NCBI GenBank assembly: GCA_951406725.2
Contig: OX597820.1
Location: 59,830,001-59,894,000 of the forward strand
DNA length: 64,000 bases
Direction of reading: 5' to 3'
Origin: Octopus vulgaris
Taxonomy: Eukaryota
The translations under genes were made by a program, and so were the position numbers. Below, piece by piece: positions 28,300-42,324 of this stretch (the stretch's first letter is position 1; every line of letters starts with the position of its first letter). Below the pieces are notes generated by a model, which was given only the letters and a program-made list of their open reading frames with translations, ran no database searches and was not told where the DNA came from.

Positions 28300-28850
28300 A
28301 TATGTTTCAACCAAAGATTGTTCCAGGCTATGTCTAACTTAATAGCACCACCTGATAGGATTTGCTAAATCCATTTTTAATCAAGTTTTGGGGTGTCATG
28401 GCCCATTCGAGTAGGGAGTTCTTGTTGAGTGAGTTGTATCCAGGTATAGGTGGCTTATCTGGTATTCCTTGGAGAAATTTGTCCAGATTCCGTTTAAAGG
28501 TGGTGGCATCCTTTTCCTCATTGATCTGTTTTGGGGCAATCTTAAATGGGGCAGGGTCTGTTGAGGAAAAGATATTGTGTTGCAGTGTATTTAAGTGTTG
28601 AGATCCTGATCCTAGCTATGGATGAATTCTGAAACTAATGTTGAGGTCGTCTGGACAAGGCTGGTAACATATTCTCTACATCGTGTAAATGATGTATAAA
28701 ATCAGAACTTATCTGCCGCTCTTGGTGGTCCAAATCAGATACGTAATCTATGTAGGTGTCTTTTCAAAACATCGTCTGGTTTAAAAAGCCACATCAGATG
28801 CCATGATGGTTCTAAGGTGTTGGTACAGGAGGTGGTCAAACTCTGCATTA
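28300..28850 (-). mobile_element. degenerate CR1/L2-group LINE 3' end
   Basis: HNIFSSTDPAPFKIAPKQINEEKDATTFKRNLDKFLQGIPDKP, typical of an ORF2 C-terminus. Confidence 0.6.
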
Positions 28851-28935
28851 GGAGTAGACAGCCACCATATATACATACATACATACATATATATATATAT
28901 AGAGAGAGAGAGAGAGGGGGGGGGAGAGAGAAAGT

Positions 28936-28984
<49 letters not shown>

Positions 28985-29140
28985 CTATGAAATGGAGAGG
29001 AGTATCAAGATTACAGCGTGATGAGCTTAAGCAATTGTATGGATTTCCTCTGCATGAAGTCATTGGTTGCCTTGTTAATCCATAAATAACACTATTCACC
29101 AATGTAGTGTTGAGCAGTTATTCTCACTGTTCGATACTAG

Positions 29141-29227
<87 letters not shown>

Positions 29228-29254
29228 ACACAAGGCCGAAATTTTAATTCTGAT

Positions 29255-30522
29255 TCCTAACACGGCTTCGTGCCGAAGAGATCATGCTTGACCAACTTAC
29301 TGATAATGGAAGAATTGGTGACGCGTATCCTGGCTGAAGGTGACGCTGTTGCCATCGTTTTATTGGACTTTGCCAAAGCTTTTGACTCGGTTAACCATCG
29401 CCTATTACTTGTCAAGCTTCAAGCATATAGTTTCCATCCGGATATTGTACGATGGGTTGGTGCCTTCCTCTCAGATCGCTCCTTCCAAGTCCAAGTTAAT
29501 AGTTCGCTGTCCGACGTCTCCAGTGCGAGCAGTGGCGTGCCTCAAGGTTCAGTGCTTGGGCCCTTATTGTTTTTAGTCTTCATAAATGACTTGCCCGACG
29601 ACCTCACGCGACACACCCTTCTATTTGCCGATGATGTCAAACTGGTCGCTCCTCGCGGTGATATAGATGATCTTCGTCGATGTCTCCACCAAGTTTGGAG
29701 ATGGTCTAACGAATGGGACCTGTGTTTGAACGTGTCAAAGTACTGTCATCTGCCTGTTGGCTCTTCTCTTGCAACTCAACTTGATTTCGAGCCGGGTCGT
29801 CTGCTGCTGGAGAGGACCGACCAGGTAAAGGACCTGGGTATCTTGCTGGATTTCTCCTTTTCGCCTTCGGCCCAGTGCGTCCATGCTGTCAACAAAGCAC
29901 GCGGAGTTCTGTTTTTGATTCGACGGTCATTTGGAATGCTCACAGCAGCCATATTCCTACCGCTCTATGTCATGCTGGTGAGACTCATGTTGGAGTACGG
30001 GATTCAAGCCTCTTCTCCTTATCTTCCCAAAGACATACATCATCTCGAAAGAGTCCAGAAGCTGGCTACCCGCATGGTTCTTGGTCTCAAGCATTTGTCT
30101 TATGAAGAAAGGCTGAAGACGCTCGACCTTTATTCTCTAGAAAAACGATGACGCCGTGGTGATCTCATTCTTGCTCACAACATAATAAGCGGAAAATGTA
30201 ACCTCTCGAAAGAACTATTCTTCACTCCTGCTCCAGAGCGTCGGCTGCGGGGTCACTCCGAAAAGCTCTATCTGCGACGATTTCATCTCAATCGAAGGAG
30301 AGGGGCTTTCTCCGTCCGGTTGGCGAATCCGTGGAATAAGCTGCCGGACGAGATAGTGAAGATGCCGACAACCGCTCGGTTCAAAGTCTCTCTTGACCAG
30401 AAATGGCCTGAACTCTTTGCATGAACACCCTCTCTGTACATAACTCCATGTCCCCCTACATGGCCTTGTTTTTTGCTTTTTGAACAAAAAATTAATTAAC
30501 TTAACTTAATTTAACTTAACTT
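29255..30522 (+). mobile_element. young 5'-truncated CR1-group LINE with a (TTAAC)n tail
   Basis: Starts at HGFVPKRSCLTNL. The short 3' UTR ends in ttaacttaacttaatttaacttaactt. Confidence 0.9.
29261..30424 (+). pseudogene. LINE ORF2 reverse transcriptase, partial, with one in-frame stop at 30149-30151
   Basis: LDFAKAFDSV, GVPQGSVLGPLLF, LFADDVK, KDLG and LERVQKLATRMV. After the TGA the frame continues RRGDLI...RGH...WNKLP...FKVSLD to a stop at 30424. Confidence 0.9.
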
Positions 30523-30625
30523 AAAAGTATAATAAATATATATTGCATCAAAATTATTTTATTATAATTCGACTTAAAAAAGAACATTGATACACACACA
30601 TACATACACGCACGCACACACACAT

Positions 30626-30677
<52 letters not shown>

Positions 30678-31376
30678 GCACGCACACACACACACGCATA
30701 TATGCATGTATGTTTTTATATATGCATGTGTGCCTGTGCCTATGTATTTATTTTGGCGAGGGTATAAATATTGTTAGTGAAAACTAAAAACCCGACACTC
30801 TTTGAACTAGATTCCATGCGACCTTTGTTTCGCATCTGGTCGAACAGACACTCTCCCTTGTTACTCTCGCCACCCGAAATAGAGTGAACCGGAACTGATT
30901 AACCCAATAGTAATCTTATAGCTAACGACGCTGTTGTTCACCGGTGGCGATATAAATTGAAGAAAAAATAGGCAAGTTGTATATACAGACGCTATAATCC
31001 AGTGTGCATGAAACGTGTGACCTTGTATCTTGAGTTAGAATATACCTATTAACCGTTTCCTCTTCCTGGTCTTTTATTCTTCTCTCTTTTTCTCTTTTTG
31101 ATCGCATTTTCAGTCCTATCCGCCGTCCCTCTCGACATCACCACCACCAAACACCTTCACAACCTCTGTTAACCCGCACTCCACGCTATATCCACACCTC
31201 TGCCTATACCTATCCACCAGTCCCACGACCCCCCACCCCACCCCGTCAGCGTCAGTCCAGACGACTCCACCACCCCATAGCCATCCGTTACGTCGTCGTC
31301 TCCACCCGGTTGTATATGTCTCCGTTAATCGTGCTACATGAGAAGTATTGGTGTAGTGTTTTGTAGTTTATAGTTG

Positions 31377-31424
<48 letters not shown>

Positions 31425-31592
31425 TCGATGGCGGTGGAAGTGACTGCTAGTTGATTACCCTGGGTGGTCTTCGCACCACGGGTGGGCTCGAGGAAAGAGA
31501 TATGGATGCTGTCAAATTTCCTTGCATCCGGTCCTGCTGTACTCTCAGTTTGAACAATTTCCCATTGATGCAGTCACACGTTGTGGAGCAGT

Positions 31593-31658
<66 letters not shown>

Positions 31659-33267
31659 TACACATATACACACACACATACATACAAACACACGTGCGCA
31701 CACACATACACACAGATAAATGCATACACGCACACACAAATATTTGTATGCTATATGCATTTTGCCATTCAGTATCTCCCTGCCTACTCAATATACTCTC
31801 TCTATTCACTCTCTCGCCCGCCCTCTTATTTTCTCTCACTTTCTCCTTCCGTCTCTTCCTCACTCTCTCTCTCTCTCCCTCTTTCATTCTCTCACAATCA
31901 TCTATCACCGTCCACCGTTGATGCTACCACCATTTCAACCAATCAGTCGACCCCTCCCCCACTCCACTCCCGCCCTGACATCCTTCTGCATTACCTGTAC
32001 CCGCCATCGTCACACCACTGCTACCATCACTTACTTCAGAGTAAATCACCACCACCACAACCACCACCACCACCAACACCAACACCAGCACCACCACTAC
32101 CACCATTACCACTATCCCCACCAGCACCAGCACCAGCACCAACACCACCAACATTAACCCTGGGCGTTGGCAGATGTCGCCAACAACAGCACTAGGAAGT
32201 GAATAAATCTTACCCCGAGGGTGGGGTGTAATGCACATTCCTGGAATTGGTTTTATTGTTGTTCTTGTTATTGTCATTGGGTGGTGAAGTAGTTTTTGTT
32301 GTTGTTGTTGTTGGGTGTTACTGCTAGTCTTCTTATATTATTTTTATTGTTCTTGTTACTATTGTCGGTTGTTGCCGCTTTTGTTGCTGCTGATGGCTAA
32401 TGAGGTTTTTTGCTGTTATTTGTAATGGTAATATCACAGTTGTTTTTTGTTTTTTTTTGTTGTTGTAATCATGCTTTTGTTATCATCATTGTGCTGGTCT
32501 TGTTTTTTGTTGTTAATGTTTAAATCCAAGCCAACCCTGTTCAAATCGAGCCTTGACGAAAGGTACTCCAGGCTTGACTATTGGACATCATGTATAGGAC
32601 GACATCATACAACACAAGGCTTCCCAAACTAAGATAAATTTCCCCCCAGGGGCTAGGTAGATTTCGGCAATCTAATGTATAAATTTGCTGACACTAGATT
32701 TGCGCAACGCCGGACAAAATGCTTAGCAATATTTCGCTTGTCTTTACGTTCTGAGTTCAAATCCCGCTGGGGTTGACTCTGCCTTTCATCCTTTCGCAGT
32801 CGATGAAATAAGTACCTGTCAAGCACTGGGGGTCGATGTAATCGACTATTGCCCTCTCCAAGTACCTCAGACATTGTGCATATAGCTAAAAGGATTGTAA
32901 TTATTCTTTTCTTTTTTCCAATTAGTATTTCAAGAACACCTGAAGTTCAAATGAAAATTTTAAGTCAGCCTTTTCGTGAAAAAATACTTATTTGTTTTTC
33001 GCTCTTTCTGCTACTTTTGGATTTAACGATTTGCATTGTATACTTCTTGCACTCCTTAATTACTGTGTTGCTAATAAGTTGCTAATGAAGTAGTCAAATT
33101 CAGAAAACTTTGATTCTCGTTTCTGTCCACCATTAGTTCATTAGTGCAGTAACATTGTTGCTATGAGCTGCTTTTACTATATCGCTATTTGAACTTTAAA
33201 TAATTGTGTTTAAAAATAAGTAGTCCTTATTATTATTATATTTGTTTTTGTCAGTTGTTATATTACA

Positions 33268-34167
33268 CAAAGTGTTCGGGCTAAATTTAATGATTGTTTT
33301 ATGTCTTTTTTTGCTTGTTTTTTTTGTGTTCTTTTTTTTGTTTTTTGTTTTTCAGGAGCAGCTTCATGAATTGGTGAACAGTCAATGACATTGGAAAGCA
33401 TAAATATTAAAGATGTCATTGACTGGAAGCCATCTGGATATTGGAAGAAAGTTACTCGTCTTATGACGATTCGCACCGGGTAATCAAAATGCTGACATCA
33501 TGACTGCTGCTCAATGAAATGTGAACACTGTAAAGGCTGTACGACGTGACATGGACAGCTGCAACAGAGACTATGAAGCCGTGGCCAACAGGGAGGGGGC
33601 AATAGCCGTTCTGATTGTGTCTGCACTCCAGAACTCACTCCCACATCCTTGAACAGGGCCTTAGGCTAAATTCAGAGATTGCAGTCGAACCCTGGCTGGA
33701 GAGAATTGCTACTAGAAGGCCATATATGTGGCAGCAGTATTCGGCTCCTTGCCACACCTCCCGGAAGAGTCAGAAGGGGTTGTCAGAGAATTCCTATGAG
33801 TTCAGCATCCCCAATTTCTGGCCTCCTAATTCCTCCGATTGTAATTCTATGGATTACTATGTGTGGGGTGCGGTTGTGAAAAACACTAACTGTTCAATTT
33901 GCAACATCAAGAGCAGAGCTTGTAGCCAAGGTGTTCGAAGATCTTGGTAGGGACATAGTGGGAGAACGCATACGCCAAGTTCCAGAGCCATCTTGAAGCC
34001 GTGGCGGAAGCTGAAGGTAGCTACTTTGAATAAACTGTTATCTCCCAGCTGTAATCTATTTCATATTTTTTTAACTTTTTAAAATACTTTTGTTTTGTTT
34101 TTTTGGATGGAATATTGTGTTTTCTTTTCCTTTTATGCAAACTGTCAAATTTAGTCCGAACACCTTG
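33268..34167 (+). mobile_element. internally deleted maT (DD37D) transposon relic, second family
   Basis: TIRs caaagtgttcgggctaaattt / aaatttagtccgaacaccttg+TA. WQQYSAPCH...WPPNSSDCNSMDYYVW shows 37-residue spacing. Confidence 0.8.
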
Positions 34168-36446
34168 TAGAAGTTAAAACTCATATTACTAAACAAAACG
34201 AAGTCAGTGGTAAATTTGCTTGGAAAAAGTTGCTAGGGAGCAAGTGGAATGACATGAGTTGAGAATCCCTAATCTAACGTGTCCTACCTTTCCTGGCATA
34301 CAACTACAGTATGTGGTTTGGGCAAGATTCTGTTGCTATTTCTAGCAGGTTTAGTTAGAGACCATGTAGACGGCTCCTTGTTGATAGCCTTGTTACTGTC
34401 CTCATTATTGAGGAGGAGGAGGAGGAGGAGATATCGTTTCTGGCCGATGAGTTCGCAAAGAGCAAACCTGAATGAACAAACCCTATCATCAAAGTCTATG
34501 GCTATGACCATCGTTTTTATTTTTTATTTTCTTTTTGCCCTTTTACACCACAAAATCATTTTCAATTAGTTTTTTAATGCTCATCACATTAAATATACAA
34601 ACATCACTGTAACTATTGATTTTCATACATATGACCTCTCTGAAAAATTTAACGTTAGTGATTCATATATATATATTCTACTTGTGGATAATATTTGTCA
34701 TCACTGTATTTAGCAAGAATAATAACAACTATATTTTGCTGACGAGAGCGAATAAAACCGAAATATATCCAGAATTTTCTCCATTGTCTGTTGAAATAAA
34801 ATAATATCAAACATTCCTCGCCGCATCTTTAATTCTCTTTTACTTGTTTCAGTCATTGGATTCTGGCATGTTGGAACACCGCCTCGAAGGGTTTTAGTTA
34901 AACAAATGGGCACCAGTACTTATGTTTTAATCCTGGTACTTATGCTGTCGTTCTCTTTTACTGAGAACGACAGCATAAGTTTACTGAGATGTAAACAAAC
35001 CAACATCGATTGTCAGATAGTGAGGGGACAAACACAAAGATACACACGCACGCGCGCATATACATACATGCATACATATAAAATTTAATGTGCAATCTTT
35101 TAAAATAAGAGTTACTAATAGTTTCTTGCCATTAAAATATGTGGTTGGGTAGGTTTTATTACGTGATTTGTGTCTCCATGCAATCTTCGGGCTCTGAGTA
35201 TATGGTTGGTTTAATTGGAAAATCAGGATGCTGGTACATGAGAAACAACGAAAAAAAAACGAGAAGATGGTTGATGCAAAAAAAGTGGAATGAAAAAAAC
35301 AAAGGGTGATAAAAAAGGTAAAAAAAGGAAAATTAGAGTTACATCCCTTTTGACCGTAAAAGTCATAATTAAACTAGTTGTAGAATAATTCAACAAGAGG
35401 AGTCCTAAGTCTGCGAGGCAACTGCTCAATCCGGTGAGGGCGGAAGAAATTTTCGCCAAAAGAAATTTTCCCAATGCATGCATTTGCCGAAAATTTCAGA
35501 TCTGGAATTAAGTTATCTGGTGAAATTTTCAGATCTAAAAAGAATGTGTGATCTTTCAGCTACGCGTAAGTTGCATTTCTTAGACCATTTATATATGGCA
35601 TGAATTACTCCACGATTCTCCACTTGATTGCATGTAGTGTGCTGTTGGTCTTCAAACTCTATATGTAGCAAGCCAACTTAGTGGCTTTACTTTTGTCGAC
35701 TTGGTGGAAATAAGACTGGTGGTTTGCTTAACGCTTTTTTAAAGGCCCTGATACTTGCCCACTTCACCAAACGTGAATGATAAACTCTCACGTATATAAG
35801 GCAAAAAGTTACAGCAACGCTTCAAGATAGCTGAAAAGAAAAGTTACATCGGTTTATGCGAATCCAAATCCACTCACAAAGCATCAGTCGGCCAGGGGCT
35901 CTAAGACTCTTGCTCAAGGCGTCGCGCAGTGGGACTGAACCCAAAACCACGGCTGCGAATCAAGCTCCTTAACCACTCACCCATGCCTAGGCCTAAATAC
36001 TTAAAACTTTTTTATGCCCGACTTTTAATGCTTCAACGCGGATTTAACTATTATTTGACAATCAGGAACTGCATTGTTGAAGATAGAGCATGATTTAAGG
36101 GCAATGTTGTTGCTATTTTCAGCATGTTTTGAGGCATGATGTGTGCGAAATAATTTATTACAGTTTGAAACAACAACAATAACTAACTCACACAGAATGT
36201 AATACAACTACATCAAGAAACAAACGTCACTCTTTCCCTTATCTTTGTACGACAAAACACTCCAACTGCAAAACATTCTCCCTTCCCCTTCCCTATTCCA
36301 AGTAGAAATATCAGAACAACTGACATTTGTTTGCTCGTTTCTTTTTAAGCAGGGCTTGGTGGGGCAAAATAGGCCGTCTTTTTCTTTCTCTTTTTCTTCT
36401 ATATCTAATTCTTTTATATTCTTTACCAGTATTGTTTTTTCCATTA

Positions 36447-36510
36447 ATTCTTCTTCTTCTTCTTCTTCTTCTTCTTCTTCTTCTTCTTCTTCTTCTTCTT
36501 CTTCTTCTTC
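36447..36510. repeat. (TTC)n microsatellite
   Basis: Direct reading. Confidence 0.95.
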
Positions 36511-37402
36511 TAATTTCACCCATTGCGCCTTCCCAAATTCTTCCACTCCTCCAACTTTCACTCACTATCAACGCACGACCACCGCTAGCACTCTCCGCCG
36601 TCGCCGCCGCCGCTGCCGCTGCCACCACCACCACCATTGTCACCACAAAGGAGCACTGCACGTGAAAGACATGAAAATTAATCCATTGACGAAGAGGAGT
36701 TGATGTGAAGAAAGTTGACCGTGGTGTCAGCAGTGAAGAAGCTTCGGGTAAAATTTCGCTGATTTGACTCCTTTAACGCGTGGATACAGCGAAGCGGCGG
36801 TGGTGTTGATGGGCGTGAAGAAGAAGAAGAAGAAGAAGAAGAAGAAGATATCGCTGTTCTTACGTCATGTTTGCTTCAGATCTCTTTGAGATTTATTATT
36901 GTTTTTGTTGTTGCTTCTGATGTTGCGGATGTTGTTTTTCTGCATGTTTGTTTTTTAATAGTTTAATCAGATGAAGGCAGGGCAATATCCATGGCCCTTT
37001 TCAGGGTCTCCCCTGAGACGAATGAGAGCAACGGCAGAAATTATTCCTCAGACCGGAGACCTGGCGATAATTCTTGCAATAAAGTGAAGTCCACCGATAC
37101 CAGGCGGTCATGTTAAACAAGGTACCTTATTAAATCTACTATTCAAGACCAACAAAGGTTTCTCCCGCTGTTTCCCACACAGTTTCAGCTTACTAAATTT
37201 CATTTACACGGCTTTGGTCCACCCGAAGCTATAACAGAAGACAAAGCGCCGTGCAGTGGAATCGAACTCAAAACCGGATGGCTGCTAAGTGAACGTCTTA
37301 TCCACAGAGTGGTGTCTTTATTTTTAGGTTGGCCTGAACCAGTTCATCTATAGTGAAAGGCTTTCTTGTTTTGACACACTCCGTCATTTTGATTATCTGG
37401 GA

Positions 37403-37660
37403 CAGTGGTTCTCAACCATGTTTTGCCAATGGACCCCCTTTGATTCCGATTTTATTCTACTGGATTTCCATATCCATTCGATGTATAAATAAAAAAATCC
37501 TACTGTATTTTAATGATTAAATATTATTAGAAATTGTATTTAAAAAATTTTTATATTTTGTATATTGTAGAAATAGAAATAATTTATTTCGCATAGATTT
37601 TAACAGTAAAATCTTATATGGTCTCTCAAAGGCCATATGGGCCCCTATTAAGATCCACTG
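37403..37660. mobile_element. hAT-type MITE
   Basis: TIRs cagtggttctcaa / ttaagatccactg, with a partial 8-bp TSD (atctggga / atctcgag). Confidence 0.65.
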
Positions 37661-37867
37661 ATCTCGAGCAACAGTTTGTTAGAATATATTAGGGAGATTT
37701 TAGCCACTATTTAGCAGAGATTTAGCAGCTCGAGTCACCACGTAGAGAGTCCTTCCTTAGCTCGTTAGAGTTGTGCTAATTATTGTAGCGTAACTGCTAC
37801 ATGATATCTTATGATCAAAGATAGTTCCAGTCGTGACGTTCCATTGTTTTTAACCGTATCTACTACA

Positions 37868-37925
<58 letters not shown>

Positions 37926-40349
37926 TCACCATCATCATCTAATATATCCTTCCCTTTTTTTAAAGACGGTAGCGTATTTGCTATTTCTAGCAGTCCAAGC
38001 GACTTACGTAAAGGTCCCATCGCTGATTCTTTCATTTTGTGAATTGCTTTTGTTGTTTAGCTCATATCAATCCTGTCCAAATAGAGATTGGACTAAAACC
38101 TTTCTAACCGTAACCCACCATCTTTTTTTTCTACTGCATTATTTAATGCTTCCTTCTCTTTTCAAGCCATTAAGATATGTATGATTTGAGGGACGTTCAG
38201 ATACCGTATCTAGCAGCTCGAACAGTCACTTGAAGGCTTTCTTGTTGGCCCTTTGGAATCAATGTTGTTGTCGAATGACCGCATCATTAGACTGGTTGAG
38301 TATGTAGGTAGGTAGATAGGTAAATAGCATCTCGCTTCTTGGGTCTTTGCATTTCATTATAAATTTAAAACAAAACAACACAACTTTAACATACGAATCC
38401 AAACTATATTTAAAGGAAAGCATAAAGAGAGCTAACTGATGTATTACCAATAGTGTGGCTCAAGCGAAGCCAAACGTCCAGTTTTCGGTGATGTTAGACT
38501 GTTAATGAAAATGTTTAACATTATCACTAAGCCCCCGACTTAGTGATTTGCCTAATACTGTAATGGAGCGACCACGATGATGAAAAGCAAAGTCGACTTC
38601 GCTGAGATTTGAATTTAGAATGTGGAAGGACGTAACTAGAAATATTGCAATTGATTATATCATTGGTCTTAAATATTCCTCATTGGAAAATTTGTAGATT
38701 TGTACCACGGCTATAAAAATCACTATTATTTAAACAGCAGTGAAGGAACAGTGGCTTTGGTCTTTTCAGGCTTTCCTCAGTTTCTTAAGAAAGGTGGAGC
38801 CAGTCAACTTTAAGTTGATGTAGCCATTAATGATGTGTAACAAGAACAAAGACCCCCTTCACAAACCCAATGACAACAAATTCCCGACTCCATTCATGAC
38901 GGCAGTAGTGGTATTACTCGGGCTGGATGCTGTTGTTGCTGTTGTTCTTGCTGTTGTCTGCCACCTTCTCCCTTTTCTTTCAGTTCGGAGTAGAAGTCTC
39001 TCAAATATCTTTTACACATGTAGCAGCTGGGACTTCTTCCCAACCGCACGTCTAATTGACATCCTCTTTAGAAAACGACTTCAGTATAGCCTTGTGTTCA
39101 TCGGAGCTTATTAGAACCTAGACGTCCTTATATACCCTTCCTAGCCATGTGTTGATGTTGGTGACGGCGATCAACACATGTTCGTACTGCTGAGTAAAGT
39201 TGATGACAATCCAAGTGAGACCCATGAGCATTGGCACTAGCTTGTGGAAAGACAAGTTACTCACTAGCTCTGTCTCCTCGACTAATGTTTCGGGAACAGA
39301 GTATGCAAGCGCACCCTCTAAAATTTTTTTGGTAGTAATGAAAACTCTTTGAACATCTTGGTTTGGACCTGGATTTGCACCCCAAAGCAAGTCATGTTCT
39401 CGCATTTATGTTTCTTGGTCTTAAGTTACACGTTGCCATATACCCGTGATCGGTCAGTGGAGTACACATCCTGCCAGCTAGTTTTTCCTTCAGCTTCCTT
39501 TTCGAAGGCGTTTCGAAACCCCTCTGAATTTTTCTTTTGAAAAAGAAAAAAAAGACCAGAAAAAAAAGAAAAGAAAAAGGTGTGTTAACTTCCTTCTCGT
39601 TCTTTGTTGGATAAATTCGACGGGCTAAGTTGCACTTTTTTTATATACCTCGACCACTCCTTCACTTTTTCTTTGCAAAAGTCGAGCAATTTCTTTTGAC
39701 TCACAACGTTTCTAATTGATGGATAGTTGTTGTTGTTGCGACTTGTACTGTTTCAGCTCCTTTTTCTTTTTCTTTAAGTTAATGTTCCCAATACTATTCT
39801 GCTTTGTTCAAGGGTGTTTATACTTGGAGATCCGTCTCTGCATATGATTAAAAAATAACAATTTCGGGCGTTTTTGTTTACGTTACAACTACCAACAGGG
39901 TTGTAAGCACTTCTTCCTGTTCCTTCATAAGCGGACATTTTGCAATGTGCTTAAATATTGCACGCAATTTTTGTCAAAAATTTGTAAACAGTGCTGAATG
40001 TCAAAAGATAAATTTTATTTTACCCCAACAAATGAAGACAATCCAAAAGACTTTTGTTAGTAAAACGAGAACAAAAGACATTTTTCATAAGATAATCCAG
40101 TTGTTTCCTAAAATAATCCAAATATATAACAAAATAATGATAATGATAATAACGATGATGAGACGAGAAAGAAGAACAGCAACAGCAACAACAACAACAA
40201 TATTCTCATCAACAACAATAACGACGACAGCGATGATATTTTTATTATTGCTACCAATGTCCATTCACTCAGACAATAAAAAGGCATACAAAGGGGCTAG
40301 AAATGCATAGGAGTAAACGCTAACCAAAAAATAAGGGTTATGAATAATA

Positions 40350-40640
40350 ATGGGATTGCACCTAGAAAGTTCCCCTCCGAGGCACAAATCTGGTCAGCAG
40401 GCACCCATGCATACCAGCCTCTCCTCTCCGCGCCACCAATGTTATCCAAGCGAAAAGCAAAGGCCGATACAGCTTGGCATCAGTGACGTCGCAACTCATT
40501 TTTGCTAGCTGAGTGAACTGGAGCAACGTGAAATAAAGTGTCTTGTTCAAGAACACAGCGCACAGCCTGGTCAGTGAATCGAACTCACTTCCTCGTGATT
40601 GTAAGCCAGACGCTCTAACCACTGAGTCACATACCTTCAA
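40350..40640 (-). mobile_element. tRNA-derived SINE, family C-related
   Basis: Reverse head cagtggttagagcgtc...gagttcgattc, similar to 15225-15530. Confidence 0.75.
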
Positions 40641-41026
40641 AAGCTAACAAAGCTATATAAAAAGGAAAAGATTAGTAGAGACGTACTATATATTAAGGTG
40701 TATTGAGATTTTTCTTTTTCTGAAATTGCACAAAATTGTTTAATGCGCGCGCGCAGCTACAGACACACGCACACACACGCATACACACACACATACAAGC
40801 AAGGTCCAGAAATGGCGTACTCTGAATGAATAAGGTGATGTAATCCGATGGTAGAAAGAATTTCGAGAATTAGACACTCAAAAGCAAGTTGAAAGGACAG
40901 GTCTCCATGTGAGCGTGCGGTAAATAACGCTGTTGGAGAATTTTTTTCTCTACTTCATTTTCTTTTGGACTTTCCTATGTTCCCAGTTTCTGAAGAAGAG
41001 GTTTGCTCGAAATGTAAAACAATCAC

Positions 41027-41027
<1 letters not shown>

Positions 41028-41102
<75 letters not shown>

Positions 41103-41105
41103 TTT

Positions 41106-41157
<52 letters not shown>

Positions 41158-41185
41158 TCGTTCTTTCTTTCTTTCTTTCTTTCTC
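41028..41185. repeat. (TTTC)n microsatellite
   Basis: Direct reading. Confidence 0.95.
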
Positions 41186-41225
41186 TGAACGTCTTATTAA
41201 TACTTTGCATGTACCACGTCCTCGC

Positions 41226-41259
<34 letters not shown>

Positions 41260-41957
41260 TATACTTACCTCTCGTGGGTGACCTTTCTGTCGGGCAATTG
41301 CCATGATAGATCGTTAGCCACTACACACATTTTTTTCTCTTCTTGTTTCTCTCCTTGTTTTTTCTGTGTCCTTTTCTGTAGAAGAGCCAGGGACACAGAA
41401 AAAAACAACGAGAGAAAAAAATGTGTGTAGTGCTGGTCTTACAGAAAGCTGTAAATATTGTGGCAGAGACAGAGAGTGAAAGAGATTTGCTGCTGAGGGA
41501 GAGATAATCGTTTCTAAACATATCCATCTTTTGCCTTCTGGGGAGATTTTTTTTCAAAGATTATATATCGTTGCTTTTATGCAAAAGTGTCGTAAATCCA
41601 AAACGTTGCTTTCTGAGAAAACGAAAAAAATAATCTCACCATTCCATTTCTTTTCACATTAGCTTCAGCTTAACAATAATACTTTGTTGGGTGCATAAAA
41701 TCGAAACTCCATGTATGTATTATATTTTCAGTCAGAAATATTTTTGCACAACTGTCGCATGTGGGGCTTACTACACTTTTGAAAAATGTTAAACTGTTGT
41801 ACTACACTTTGACCATTTTCATCTGAAGCAGCTGGAAATACGATAGTTTGACCAAAAGAACCGGCTATTGCAAGCAAAATTAAATATTAAAACAAATGCA
41901 TTTGGCCAAATTTGGACATACGACAGTTTAACATAATATATGTGGAGTGAATATATA

Positions 41958-42033
<76 letters not shown>

Positions 42034-42034
42034 C

Positions 42035-42070
<36 letters not shown>

Positions 42071-42071
42071 A

Positions 42072-42108
<37 letters not shown>

Positions 42109-42121
42109 CTCCACATATATA

Positions 42122-42324
42122 TGAGGTGGTGGGGCTGAAAAGTTCGTAGCTTTGGGTAAAAGAAAATACTGAAGAATCAGTTAATTATGATTTATATTCA
42201 ACATATTTTCCCCTCGCAGATTCTCACACTTATTGCAGCGGTCCTTTAGTTTTTCTAAGTTTGGTAAAAAAAACAAAAAAACTCGCGACATCCTTAAAGC
42301 CAGGAACTTTTCAGCACCCCCTCG
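42122..42324. mobile_element. mariner-type MITE
   Basis: TA+tgagg..ggggctgaaaagttcgtagcttt / aaagccaggaacttttcagcacccctcg+TA. Confidence 0.75.

Noticed and set aside
41260-41310. atacttacct resembles the U1 snRNA 5' end
   Set aside because: Similarity stops after 10 nt, and there is no U1 stem-loop I or Sm site.
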